64,000 nt of DNA. Source: an uncultured delta proteobacterium (GTDB taxonomy: Bacteria; Desulfobacterota; RBG-13-43-22). Both the position numbers and the translations under genes were made by a program. The stretch covers positions 1,376,001 through 1,440,000 of the forward strand of contig CAWBOS010000010.1 of assembly GCA_963790475.1 (NCBI GenBank). The letters run 5' to 3'. Positions within the stretch are counted from its first letter, which is position 1. Each line of letters begins with the position of its first letter. The notes below the pieces were generated by a model. That model saw nothing but the letters and a program-made list of their open reading frames with translations, made no database searches and was not told the origin of the DNA. This document shows, one piece after another, positions 40,433-50,449 of this stretch.

Positions 40433-42454
40433 ATGGCGGTTAAAACGCATTCCCTTTTTGAACGGGCCATTATCGGACAGGCCATAATTGACTCATTGAA
40501 AAAACTCAATCCGATATCCTTGTTGAAAAATCCGGTTATATTTGTGACCGAAGTCGGCGCAGCCTTGACCACCCTCGGCCTTTTTTTCAGCGTTGGAAAA
40601 GACCCTTTCGGGTTCATCCTGCAAGTCACCCTCTGGCTCTGGTTTACCGTACTCTTCGCCAATTTTGCCGAGGCCATGGCCGAAGGCCGGGGCAAGGCCC
40701 AGGCCAATGCCCTCCGCAAGACACGCACCCAGACCGTGGCCAATCGATTGAAATCCGATGACTCGGTGGAGAAAATCGAAGCCGACCGTCTGCGGAAGGG
40801 CGACCTGGTCCTGGTGTCGGCCGGAGAGATCATCCCTTCGGACGGTGAAATCATAGCCGGAGTGGCTACGGTGGACGAATCGGCCATCACCGGAGAGTCG
40901 GCCCCGGTCATCCGCGAAGCCGGCGGCGATCGTAGCGCCGTTACCGGCGGCACCAGGGTTCTATCGGACCAGATCAAGGTCCTAGTAACCGCTAACCCGG
41001 GGGAAAGTTTTCTGGATCGTATGATCCTGCTCGTTGAAGGGGCCCAACGTCAAAAAACTCCCAATGAAATCGCCCTGACCATCCTCCTCTCGGCCCTGAC
41101 CATCATCTTCTTGATGGTCTGCATCACCTTGAAGCCCTTCGGTCTTTACTCAGGTGTGGCTTTTTCGATAACCGTCCTGGTCGCCTTACTGGTTTGCCTG
41201 ATCCCAACCACCATCGGAGGTTTACTTAGCGCCATCGGCATCGCCGGGATCGATCGGATGGTCCAAAAAAATGTCTTGGCCATGAGCGGCCGGGCCGTCG
41301 AAGCCGCCGGGGATATTGACGTGCTGCTTTTGGACAAGACAGGGACTATCACTTTGGGGGACCGCCAGGCCAGTTCCTTTCTTCCCGCCCCCGGCGTCCG
41401 GCCTGAAGAACTGGCCGATGCGGCCCAATTGGCCTCCCTGGCCGATGAAACACCCGAAGGTCGAAGCATCGTTGTGCTGGCTAAACAATATGGTTTACGA
41501 GGGCGTTCCATCTCCGAAATGTCTGATGCCCGATTTATCCCCTTTTCTGCCCAGACCAGAATGAGTGGAGTGGATTTGGGGGAAAGACAGATCCGTAAAG
41601 GGGCCATTGACGCCGTGAAGACCTTTACCGGAACGGATCTCCCCCTGGAGGTTCAAGATGCTGTGGACACTATTTCCCTTTCCGGGGGGACCCCCTTGCT
41701 AGTAGTCGATAAGAACAAGGTGCTGGGGACCATCCATCTGAAGGACATTGTCAAAGGAGGGCTGAAGGATCGTTTCGAACGATTCAGAGCCATGGGCATC
41801 AAGACCGTCATGGTCACCGGAGACAACCGTTTAACGGCCGAGGCCATTGCCCGGGAGGCCGGGGTCGATGATTTCATTGCCGAGGCCAAGCCGGAGGATA
41901 AGTTGGCCCTGATCCGCAAAGAACAAGGGGCGGGTCACTTGGTAGCCATGACCGGGGACGGAACCAACGACGCCCCGGCCCTGGCCCAGGCCGACGTCGG
42001 GGTGGCTATGAATACCGGGACCCAGGCGGCCAAAGAGGCCGGCAATATGGTGGACCTGGATTCCAACCCCACCAAATTGATCGAGGTGGTTGAAATAGGC
42101 AAACAACTGCTCATCACCCGTGGGGCCTTGACCACCTTTAGCATAGCCAATGATGTGGCCAAATACTTTGCCATCATCCCAGCCATGCTGATGAGTGTCT
42201 TTCCGGTTATCGCCCCCCTTAATATTATGGGCCTTCAGTCCCCCCAAAGCGCCATTCTAAGTGCCGTTATTTTTAATGCCCTGATCATTATTACCTTAAT
42301 CCCTTTGGCCTTAAGGGGGGTGCGTTTCCGGCCGGTAGGGGCGGCCGTCATGCTCAGACGCAACCTGTTAATATACGGATTGGGCGGCCTCATAGCCCCC
42401 TTTCCAGGCATTAAGCTGATCGATATGATCGTCAATGCCTTGCATATGGTGTAG
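40433..42454 (+). CDS. kdpB: K+-transporting ATPase subunit B
   Basis: [19 protein letters not shown]. Confidence 0.97.
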   Translation: MAVKTHSLFERAIIGQAIIDSLKKLNPISLLKNPVIFVTEVGAALTTLGLFFSVGKDPFGFILQVTLWLWFTVLFANFAEAMAEGRGKAQANALRKTRTQTVANRLKSDDSVEKIEADRLRKGDLVLVSAGEIIPSDGEIIAGVATVDESAITGESAPVIREAGGDRSAVTGGTRVLSDQIKVLVTANPGESFLDRMILLVEGAQRQKTPNEIALTILLSALTIIFLMVCITLKPFGLYSGVAFSITVLVALLVCLIPTTIGGLLSAIGIAGIDRMVQKNVLAMSGRAVEAAGDIDVLLLDKTGTITLGDRQASSFLPAPGVRPEELADAAQLASLADETPEGRSIVVLAKQYGLRGRSISEMSDARFIPFSAQTRMSGVDLGERQIRKGAIDAVKTFTGTDLPLEVQDAVDTISLSGGTPLLVVDKNKVLGTIHLKDIVKGGLKDRFERFRAMGIKTVMVTGDNRLTAEAIAREAGVDDFIAEAKPEDKLALIRKEQGAGHLVAMTGDGTNDAPALAQADVGVAMNTGTQAAKEAGNMVDLDSNPTKLIEVVEIGKQLLITRGALTTFSIANDVAKYFAIIPAMLMSVFPVIAPLNIMGLQSPQSAILSAVIFNALIIITLIPLALRGVRFRPVGAAVMLRRNLLIYGLGGLIAPFPGIKLIDMIVNALHMV

Positions 42455-42522
42455 TTGCTTGAAGGCTCAAAGCTGAAAGCTCAAAGTTCAAAGGAAAAAC
42501 ATTGAACCTTATATCATGACCT

Positions 42523-42658
42523 TGATCAAATCGTAAAAAGCCTCTCTGGTCGTCACCCCGGCCAAAGCCGGGGTCCAGAAGCAGTTTAAATTCTCTGGAT
42601 TCCGGCTTTCCCCGGAATGACTGAAGAGGACAAATTTTGACTTTTTACAGGATCATCA
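42523..42658. repeat. MITE-like repeat (TGAT..TCGTAAAAAG / CTTTTTAC..ATCA) between kdpB and kdpC
   Basis: Terminal IRs plus two REP-like hairpins. Confidence 0.7.
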
Positions 42659-42678
42659 TTTTTGAAAGGCTTTAAAAC

Positions 42679-43263
42679 ATGAAAAATATAGTAGCCGAAC
42701 TTCGTATCGCCTTGCTGGCGACATTATCCCTGACAGTGATTCTCTGTGGGTTTTATCCCCTGGTCGTCTGGGCTCTGTCCCAGGGATTTTTCCCGGATAA
42801 GGCCAATGGTTCTTTGGTCAAAGAAAATCAGATGATCAGGGGATCGAGACTTATTGCCCAGGGGTTTATCGACCCGAAATACTTTCATCCCCGTCCATCA
42901 GCCGCCGGGCAAGGTTATGACGGCCTCAGTTCCGGTGGCAGCAACCTCGGACCACTTTCCAAGAAACTGAACGGTAGCCTTAAAGAACGATTGAGCCAAT
43001 ATCGTACTGAAAATAAACTTTCTCGGGATGTTTTAATCCCGGCCGATGCTGTAACCGCTTCAGCCAGCGGCTTGGATCCTCACATCAGTTTGAAAAACGC
43101 CTTACTGCAGGCAAGCCGCGTGGCCGTGGCCCGGGGCGTGGGAGATAAAACCGTTTTGAAACAGATTGAGCATTACACCGAGGGCCGTGACCTGGGGATC
43201 TTCGGTGAACCGAGGGTCAATGTCCTGATGTTGAATCTGGCCCTTGATCGCCTGACTCAATAA
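42679..43263 (+). CDS. kdpC: K+-transporting ATPase subunit C
   Basis: YFHPRPSA, SASGLDPHIS, VNVLMLNLALD. Confidence 0.97.
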   Translation: MKNIVAELRIALLATLSLTVILCGFYPLVVWALSQGFFPDKANGSLVKENQMIRGSRLIAQGFIDPKYFHPRPSAAGQGYDGLSSGGSNLGPLSKKLNGSLKERLSQYRTENKLSRDVLIPADAVTASASGLDPHISLKNALLQASRVAVARGVGDKTVLKQIEHYTEGRDLGIFGEPRVNVLMLNLALDRLTQ

Positions 43264-43310
43264 ACGACATTGAACATGGCTAAAATAGCAATTAAAATAG
43301 GACAGAGCTA

Positions 43311-44561
43311 ATGACGAGCGACATATTAACACCCCGGACCGAAAGGCTTTTGGTGTGCCTGGGGCCAAGTGAATCTTCCGCCGGACTAATAAGCGCCGCC
43401 CGGAGAATGGCCGCCGATCTAAAGGCCCAATGGTTTGTCTTATTTGTCGACGCCCCCAAGATGCTGCTCTTGCCCGAAGAGGCGCGTAACCGGGTCCTTG
43501 ATAATCTGCGCTTGGCAGAGCGATTGGGGGCCAAGACCTTTACTTTGACCGGTGGCCATATCGCCGAAGAAATTATCAACTTTTCTCGACAACGGAAAAT
43601 CACCAAGATTGTCCTCGGAAAACCTGGAGGCAGCTTTTGGAAAAGACTCTTCTTAAAGAGTCCGGTGGATAAACTGGTCCGAATAAGCGGGGAGATAGAT
43701 GTGTACGTCCTTAGCGGGGAATCGGGGGAACAAAGAGGGACAATTTACACGATTCGACCCCCAAAAATCCCTTTGGCCGACTATGGAGCGGGCCTATTGA
43801 TTTTTATCTTGGCTACCCTGCTCTGTTTTTTAATGTTCCCTTACTTCCACCTCAGTAATCTCATTATGGTCTATTTACTGGGTGTGATGATAACGGCCGC
43901 TTCCTGCGGCAGAGGTCCAGCTATCCTTGGTTCTTTCTTAAGCGTTCTGGCCTTTGATTTCTTTTTTGTCCCCCCCCGTTTTTCAATCACCGTGGAAGAG
44001 GCCCAATACATCGTTACCTTCATTGTGATGTTCCTGGTGGCCTTGGTCATCAGTCACCTGGCTAACCGGTTGCGGCAACAGGCCCGTGTTGCCCAGTTAC
44101 AAGAGCGACAGGCCACCGCCATGCATGGTCTCAGTCGCCAACTCGCCGCCACCAGAGGAATGGAGAAAATTTTTCAGGTGGCTGTGCAATATATTTCTGA
44201 AATTTTTGATGCCCAATGTATGGCCATGGTGCCAAGCGGTCAAGGTAGGTTTAAGGTGATCGCCGGAGATCCTTCTTCCGTTATCCACCAGGATATTATC
44301 AAAGAAATTCAGATTGCTCACTCAGCTTTCAACACCGGACAGATGGCCGGATTGGGCACACAAACCTCTCAAACCAGCGAGAATCTCTATGTCCCGATTC
44401 GAGCGGGCGATTTCACATCAGGAATTTTGATCTTACGCCCCGCGGATCGGGACCGCTTCCGGCATCCGGAGCAATTGAACCTTTTGGAATCTCTGGTCAA
44501 GCAAGTCGCCCTTTCATTAGAGGTCGAGCACTTGACTGGAATGGAGGAATCCAAGGTCTAA
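43311..44561 (+). CDS. KdpD middle module (USP, 4-TM DUF4118, GAF) without a kinase domain
   Basis: ERLLVCLGPS, FDFFFVPPRFS; ends before any HisKA domain. Confidence 0.85.
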   Translation: MTSDILTPRTERLLVCLGPSESSAGLISAARRMAADLKAQWFVLFVDAPKMLLLPEEARNRVLDNLRLAERLGAKTFTLTGGHIAEEIINFSRQRKITKIVLGKPGGSFWKRLFLKSPVDKLVRISGEIDVYVLSGESGEQRGTIYTIRPPKIPLADYGAGLLIFILATLLCFLMFPYFHLSNLIMVYLLGVMITAASCGRGPAILGSFLSVLAFDFFFVPPRFSITVEEAQYIVTFIVMFLVALVISHLANRLRQQARVAQLQERQATAMHGLSRQLAATRGMEKIFQVAVQYISEIFDAQCMAMVPSGQGRFKVIAGDPSSVIHQDIIKEIQIAHSAFNTGQMAGLGTQTSQTSENLYVPIRAGDFTSGILILRPADRDRFRHPEQLNLLESLVKQVALSLEVEHLTGMEESKV

Positions 44562-44654
44562 TAAACAGGAGAGGAAAACTCAAATCTCAAAGGGAGAAGC
44601 TTAGACTTTGAACTTTGAACGTTGAACGTTGAACGTTATTTTTGTGTTAAACTT

Positions 44655-46331
44655 ATGAGTGACGACAGAGCCAATGCTTTTCTGAGAATGATCCGTCAAT
44701 CCCAGCGCGGACGGCTGAAGGTTTATCTCGGCTACTGCCCGGGAGTCGGGAAAACTTATCAGATGTTACAGGAAGGTCACCGGCTTAAAAACGATGGGAT
44801 CGATGTCGTTATCGGGCTGGTTGAAACCCACGGCCGGGCCGATATCGCCAAACTGGCGGAAGGACTGGAGGTCGTACCCCGGCGTCGGCAGGAATACCGA
44901 GGCGTTCCCGTGGAAGAGATGGATGTAGAGTCCGTCCTGGCCCGCAAACCCCAGGTAGCCCTTATCGACGAACTGGCCCATACCAATGTTCCCGGGAGTT
45001 CCAACCCGAAACGCTATCAGGACGTTCAGGACATACTGGCCGCCGGAATCCACGTCATCACCACCTTGAACATCCAACACCTGGAAAGTTTATATAACAT
45101 GGTGGAAAAGGCCGTGGGGGTTAAGGTCCGGGAGCGTCTTCCCGATTCTGTTTTGAGCGAAGCGGACCAGATCGTCGACGTGGATTTGTCCACCGAGGAT
45201 TTACAAAAACGCCTGGAAGAAGGAAAGATCTATCCCCGGGAGCGTATACAGACCGCTCTGAGCAATTTTTTCAGGACATCAAATCTGGAAAAGCTCCGGG
45301 AACTGACCCTTCGAGAACTTGCCTCTCAGATTGATTTCCGAAGACGGGAAACGGAGGAAGAAGAAAACGACCCAACCCAGGATCAGGTGATGGTCTGCCT
45401 GAGCTCGCGAGGTCCCAATAGCGACAAGTTACTGCGTTATGCTTCGCGTTTGGCCGGTAAACTGAACCTAAACTGGTACGCCGTATATGTTCAAACCCCC
45501 TCCGAGGAGGCCACAGTCATCGATGCCCGCACCCAGCGTCTCCTCTCCGATGCTTTGACCTTGGCCAAGCAATTAGGGGCCCTGGTCTTTACCTATAAAG
45601 GAGAAGACATTGTAGATACCATCCTCAGGTTTGCCAAGGAATACCGGGTTGGGCACATTGTGATCGGGAGACCGGGACCTAAATCTTTCTTAAAAAAATT
45701 CGGAAAGAACAAGAATATTGTCGGGAATCTCATAAAAAATGCCCGGGGGATCACCGTGATTGTTTTGGATACCCGGGAAGCGGAACCCCCATTGACCTTG
45801 GATCTCAAGGATGTTCCGGAAAAGTCACCGCTCTCCTCAACGCCTTCTGAAATCAATCCTCCTCCTCAAGAATCGCTGATGTTGCATCAACTTCTCGACT
45901 CTCAAACTATTCTCCTCTGGGACCAGCCGATTCCCAAAGAGGTGATTCTTCGAAAACTGGTGGAAGTCGCCGCCAAACATAAGGAGATCGGCGATCCGGA
46001 GAATATATTAAAAGAGGTATTGAAGCGGGAAGAACAAGGGTCGACCTTTTTTAATGAAGGTGCGGCCTTCCCTCATGCCAGGATTACCGGCCTCTCTTCC
46101 CCGATTGTCGCCATGGGGTTACCCAGACAAGGGGTTGAAGATATCACTACGGAAAAACCTATCGAAATCATCTTCCTGATCCTCTCCCCGTTCCATTCTC
46201 CTGATATTCAAGTCAAGGTTTTAGGACTAGCCGCTCGTGCCGCTCAAAACAGACAACTTCTGCAAACTCTCCGGTCCGCTCAAACTCCCGAAGAAGTGTT
46301 GGCCGCTATTCGCCGTTGGGAAACTCAATAA
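44655..46331 (+). CDS. kdpD: KdpD N-terminal domain and USP fused to a PTS EIIA domain
   Basis: RGRLKVYLGYCPGVGKT, DELAHTN; C-terminal REEQGST..GAAFPHAR. Confidence 0.85.
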   Translation: MSDDRANAFLRMIRQSQRGRLKVYLGYCPGVGKTYQMLQEGHRLKNDGIDVVIGLVETHGRADIAKLAEGLEVVPRRRQEYRGVPVEEMDVESVLARKPQVALIDELAHTNVPGSSNPKRYQDVQDILAAGIHVITTLNIQHLESLYNMVEKAVGVKVRERLPDSVLSEADQIVDVDLSTEDLQKRLEEGKIYPRERIQTALSNFFRTSNLEKLRELTLRELASQIDFRRRETEEEENDPTQDQVMVCLSSRGPNSDKLLRYASRLAGKLNLNWYAVYVQTPSEEATVIDARTQRLLSDALTLAKQLGALVFTYKGEDIVDTILRFAKEYRVGHIVIGRPGPKSFLKKFGKNKNIVGNLIKNARGITVIVLDTREAEPPLTLDLKDVPEKSPLSSTPSEINPPPQESLMLHQLLDSQTILLWDQPIPKEVILRKLVEVAAKHKEIGDPENILKEVLKREEQGSTFFNEGAAFPHARITGLSSPIVAMGLPRQGVEDITTEKPIEIIFLILSPFHSPDIQVKVLGLAARAAQNRQLLQTLRSAQTPEEVLAAIRRWETQ

Positions 46332-46517
46332 GTACCTGATGATATTACCGGCCTATTTCTGATTCATTTTATTTCAACCTTCTGGAAAAAAAGACGAATC
46401 CTGGCCCTCTGATAAAATGGACACAAAGCACCATACAAAAAATACTGGAATATTATTATACAAATATAGCCTTTGCTGTATTGATTATTTAATCTAATTT
46501 TGTTAGTAGGATATATT

Positions 46518-46696
46518 TATAATATCGTAAAAAGCTTTTTGAACCGGTCCGCGGGTGAACCCTGAATTAGGTCAGAGACAGGCGTCAGGGTGAAATATCA
46601 TCCCAATTAAAACTGGGAACCAGTTTTGCAATATGGATTGCTATTTATCGGAATGACCAAAATAGATTTTCGTTGACTTTTTACGGGATCATTATA
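46518..46696. repeat. MITE-like repeat (ATCGTAAAAAG / CTTTTTACGGGAT)
   Basis: Same end family as the copies at 42523 and 58199. Confidence 0.6.
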
Positions 46697-46841
46697 GATA
46701 ATATATAAAAAGAAATTAAAGCTTAGGAGGTAATCATAATAAACCTATAAAATAAAGTTGATAAAAAAAATGCCAAAGTCGAGAAAAAGTCCATAAAATT
46801 AAGACAGTTAAGATCCAGGCTTTGATCAAAAGGAGGGCAAG

Positions 46842-48201
46842 ATGAAAAGGCTATTTTTGGGAAGCACCTTTTTGGCGGTTTTTTTTGTTTCACTTTTTGC
46901 CTAAAGATGCGGCGGCCATTCCGGCTTTCGCCCGGAAATATAATACCACCTGTATGACCTGCCATGCCCCGTTTCCGAAATTATCGGCTTTGGGCGAGGC
47001 CTTCAGATTGAACGGCTATAAACTCCCTGATGGGGATGAACTCTACGTCAAGGATCAGCCAGTCAGTATGGGGGCGGAACCTTACAAGAAGGTATTCCCC
47101 CAGTCAATCTGGCCTTCGAATATCCCCGGTATGGCACCCCTTTCTATTCGGGCCACTGGAGGAGTTAATGTAGATACCGGAGGAACCGCCACCAATCATA
47201 CCGACTTCAACTTTCCGGGAGAGATCGATTTGCTGGCGGCAGGCGCTCTGGGAAAGGACTTCTCTTTTTTTGTGAATCTTGCTTTTACCACTGAATCAGG
47301 GACTACCAGCACCAACGGTACTGCCTGGTTGATGTGGCAGGACCTTTTTTCCGGAATCCTCGGTAAAAACCACCTGAACATCAAGGCCGGCACCGTAGGC
47401 CGGCAATCAATCGCCCTACCTAATTCCCGGAGTGAAAATAATTTCAGCATAGACGGCTATCTGTACCAGGATGCGCTCAACCTGGCTCCGCAACCCGGCT
47501 TTCAGGTGAACGGATTCGGCAGTCGTTGGCGCTATTATGCCGGCATTGTCCAGGCCAATTCGGACAGCAGCTATAAAGACTACTATGGCGGCCTGGCTTT
47601 CAAAATCGGCGGGATGGGCTTTGACGGCTCGGGGATGAAATCTGAAGAGGGAGGGCTCACCACCTCGCCCTCCGGTTTTTGGCGGGACGACTCCATACTC
47701 TTCGGCCTTTTCGGCTATCGGGGCTACACCGGGGCTGATGCCGACAGGGCCGATCGTTATGGGGGAGATATCCGGGTCAATTATAAAGACTTTTCCCTGG
47801 GCGGAGGATATATAAGGCAACAGGCCGATGTTACTGAGACAACGCCGACAGATACAACGGCGACGAATGCAGCGAAAAGATTCTTTAGCTTAGTAAAAAG
47901 TATTTCACTTTTGGAGGAAACAACTACGACAAGCACGACAAAAAATCTCTGGTTTGTCGAGGGGCATTATTTCGTTTTTCCCTGGTTGATCCCTTATGCC
48001 CGATATGAAGTTCTTACGGTCGACGACACCAACGATCAAGACCAATCCCGGATTCTTGTAGGGTTGGCCTTTTTATTACGGGCCAACATCAGACTTAATG
48101 TGGAAGGTCGGTTCTACACCGTCAACAAGCCCCGTGAGGCAGCGGGAGGACAAACCCATGATGACGATAGGGTCGCCTTCTTGCTTGATTATTCCTTTTA
48201 A
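46842..48201 (+). CDS. Cyc2-like fused monohaem cytochrome c-porin; +1 frameshift in a T8 run within the signal peptide
   Basis: AIPAFARKYNTTCMTCHAPFPKLSALGEAFRLNGY followed by a beta-barrel ending DYSF. The AGGAGG-preceded ATG at 46842 is 43 nt from the main ORF start at 46885. Confidence 0.8.
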
Positions 48202-48291
48202 AATGTCCAAGACTTAACTTCGTGAGGAGAAGAATCGGATCACTATCTAATTTTTTGAAAAACTGAATCATTAAAGTGAAGGAGCAGGACT

Positions 48292-48939
48292 ATGGTTTCC
48301 AGAAAAGTGGTGTCAAAGCGGTCGTCTGTTTGTTTCTTCGTCCTGGCGTTTCTTTTATCAATCTTATCCTTTCAGGTTCAAGAGACCAGAGGCCAGCAAC
48401 CAGGGGGGATTATTAAAGGGGTGGTCAATACCCCCTGGGTGAAACGTTACCCAGCCCTGGTATATGTGGATCAGGTCAAGGGTGAGTTCCCTCCTCCCAA
48501 AAAGAATCCCTTCATGGGTCAGAAGGGCATGGTTTTTACCCCCCATATTCTACCCGTTCTTAAAGGGTCTACTGTCGATTTCACCAATGACGATACAGTA
48601 GCCCACAATGTCTTTTCACCTCCCGGTGCGGCAACACGCTTTAACTTGGGGCTGTACGGTTCTGGCGTTAAAAAAACCGTCACCTTTGATAATCTCGGCG
48701 AAGTCCCTCTCCTATGCAATGTCCATCCGGAAATGCTGGGTTATATAATCGTTTTGCAAAACCCCTACTTCGCCTTAACCGACAATTCGGGGAAATACGA
48801 GATCAAAAACGTTCCCCCGGGGACTCACAAGCTCAAAGTGTGGCATGAGAAACTGCAAGAGACCTTCAAAGAAGTGATCGTGGGGGAAGGGAAGACCGTT
48901 TCTGTCGATTTTGAAAAAGATAAGTTAAAGCAAAAATAA
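48292..48939 (+). CDS. Periplasmic cupredoxin-domain protein within a carboxypeptidase-regulatory-like scaffold
   Basis: HNVFS ... CNVHPEM provides type-1 Cu ligands; signal peptide. Confidence 0.8.
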   Translation: MVSRKVVSKRSSVCFFVLAFLLSILSFQVQETRGQQPGGIIKGVVNTPWVKRYPALVYVDQVKGEFPPPKKNPFMGQKGMVFTPHILPVLKGSTVDFTNDDTVAHNVFSPPGAATRFNLGLYGSGVKKTVTFDNLGEVPLLCNVHPEMLGYIIVLQNPYFALTDNSGKYEIKNVPPGTHKLKVWHEKLQETFKEVIVGEGKTVSVDFEKDKLKQK

Positions 48940-48950
48940 GGCGAGGTATC

Positions 48951-49781
48951 ATGATATTGAGGGCGATCCTCTGGAGGAAGACCTTGCAGCTCATCGGTCA
49001 AATGGGTCTGGTTGTCATGATGGGTTGGTTTCCGTCCTTCTGCTTGGCCGATGAGATATTATTTAAGGATAAAGGGGTTCAAGTGGGTACCGTTATGGGT
49101 GAAGACGAAAAGACGGTGACTATCCGCTTTCCCAGGGATTCGATTCAGTCGATTGTCAAAATGCAGAAAGGGGCACCTTTTGTTCAGAAATCGGACCCTC
49201 AACTATTAGAGAAAGTCGAGCAGCTTCAACAAAGAATCGAACGTCTGGAGAGAAACCAGTCGGAATCCAAGGAGACCGCACATTCTCCGATCCTGCTTCC
49301 GCGCCCCCAATTAAAACAGGAAGAACGCCAGGAGATTAGTCGTTCATCCCCCCCTTCCCCCGAACCGGCCCCAAAAGGGGCTATCCAAGAACAACTCTTA
49401 CAAGAAGAATTGGGTCGAGTACAGGGTCTTATTCAATGGCAAGGGAAGCCCCTGGCTGGCGGGCAGGTGAGGATCGAACTTGAAAAATATACGGGTGTTT
49501 CCCTGGTCTCCGTAAAAAAGATGTTTTCAGGCAGCGGGAAAGGAACCTCTGACACGGGTCAAGGGATTTCGTTGACCACCCAAACAGATTCTCAAGGACG
49601 TTATAGTTATGAAAAAGTTCCCCCCGGAACATACCGTATTTACTGGTGGCCTGATTTTAAGACTGGTTGGGTTCATCGGCTTCGCGAAAAACCCGACTTT
49701 GAGGTCCTCTCCGGGAAGCTGACGATCCTTAACATTCCGGAAAAGCCGGCGACGGTGAAAACTTCTGAGAGGAAACCCTGA
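48951..49781 (+). CDS. Exported hypothetical protein (coiled coil plus prealbumin-like beta domain)
   Basis: Signal peptide; TDSQGRY..VPPGTYRI. Confidence 0.7.
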   Translation: MILRAILWRKTLQLIGQMGLVVMMGWFPSFCLADEILFKDKGVQVGTVMGEDEKTVTIRFPRDSIQSIVKMQKGAPFVQKSDPQLLEKVEQLQQRIERLERNQSESKETAHSPILLPRPQLKQEERQEISRSSPPSPEPAPKGAIQEQLLQEELGRVQGLIQWQGKPLAGGQVRIELEKYTGVSLVSVKKMFSGSGKGTSDTGQGISLTTQTDSQGRYSYEKVPPGTYRIYWWPDFKTGWVHRLREKPDFEVLSGKLTILNIPEKPATVKTSERKP

Positions 49782-49784
49782 AAG

Positions 49785-49907
49785 ATGAATGACCAGGAAG
49801 AGTATAATCCCCTCAAGGAAATGCTGATTGTTATCATCGGCGGGGGCGCTCTCGGAGTGTTCCTGCTGGTCCTGGCCGAAATCCTGGTGGCCCTGATCAA
49901 GAGATAG
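49785..49907 (+). CDS. 40-aa single-TM protein
   Basis: MNDQEEYNPLKEMLIVIIGGGALGVFLLVLAEILVALIKR; lies inside the operon and is below the ORF-track cutoff. Confidence 0.6.
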   Translation: MNDQEEYNPLKEMLIVIIGGGALGVFLLVLAEILVALIKR

Positions 49908-49950
49908 CCCCATCACCTCGAAACATCCTGCTGATGGGAGAGGAAAAGTT

Positions 49951-50409
49951 ATGACCAAACGGCAATACACCAGACGGGAAATTTTGAATCGTATCGGTTG
50001 GGTGGCCACGTTAGGGACCTTTGGAGGCCTGGCGGCCGGCTCGGTTCGCTATGTAATTCCCAACGTCCTCTACGAGCCTCCCCTGACCTTCAAAATCGGC
50101 CGGCCCCAGGACTACCCCGAAGGAGTGGATTATCTTGACAACAAAAGGATCTTCGTTATCCGCCAGGAAAATCGCATTAAGGTCGTCTCGGCCGTCTGCA
50201 CCCATCTAGGATGTTCCGTCCAATGGGCGCAGGAGCGCAATCGCTTTGAGTGTCCTTGTCACGGCAGTATGTTCAATGCCCGGGGGGAGGTAACCGCCGG
50301 TCCGGCCCAAAACCCCCTTCTCTGGTATGAAGTCACCCTAATAGCGGATGGCAGGCTCTTGGTGGATGAAAGTCGGCCGGTTTCCTATGAACGAACCCTT
50401 TCGGTCTAA
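49951..50409 (+). CDS. Rieske [2Fe-2S] subunit
   Basis: Tat-like TRREIL; CTHLGC and CPCHGS. Confidence 0.95.
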   Translation: MTKRQYTRREILNRIGWVATLGTFGGLAAGSVRYVIPNVLYEPPLTFKIGRPQDYPEGVDYLDNKRIFVIRQENRIKVVSAVCTHLGCSVQWAQERNRFECPCHGSMFNARGEVTAGPAQNPLLWYEVTLIADGRLLVDESRPVSYERTLSV

Positions 50410-50449
50410 GGATGAGATCATGAACCCATCTATTAGGAGAACTCGCCCC

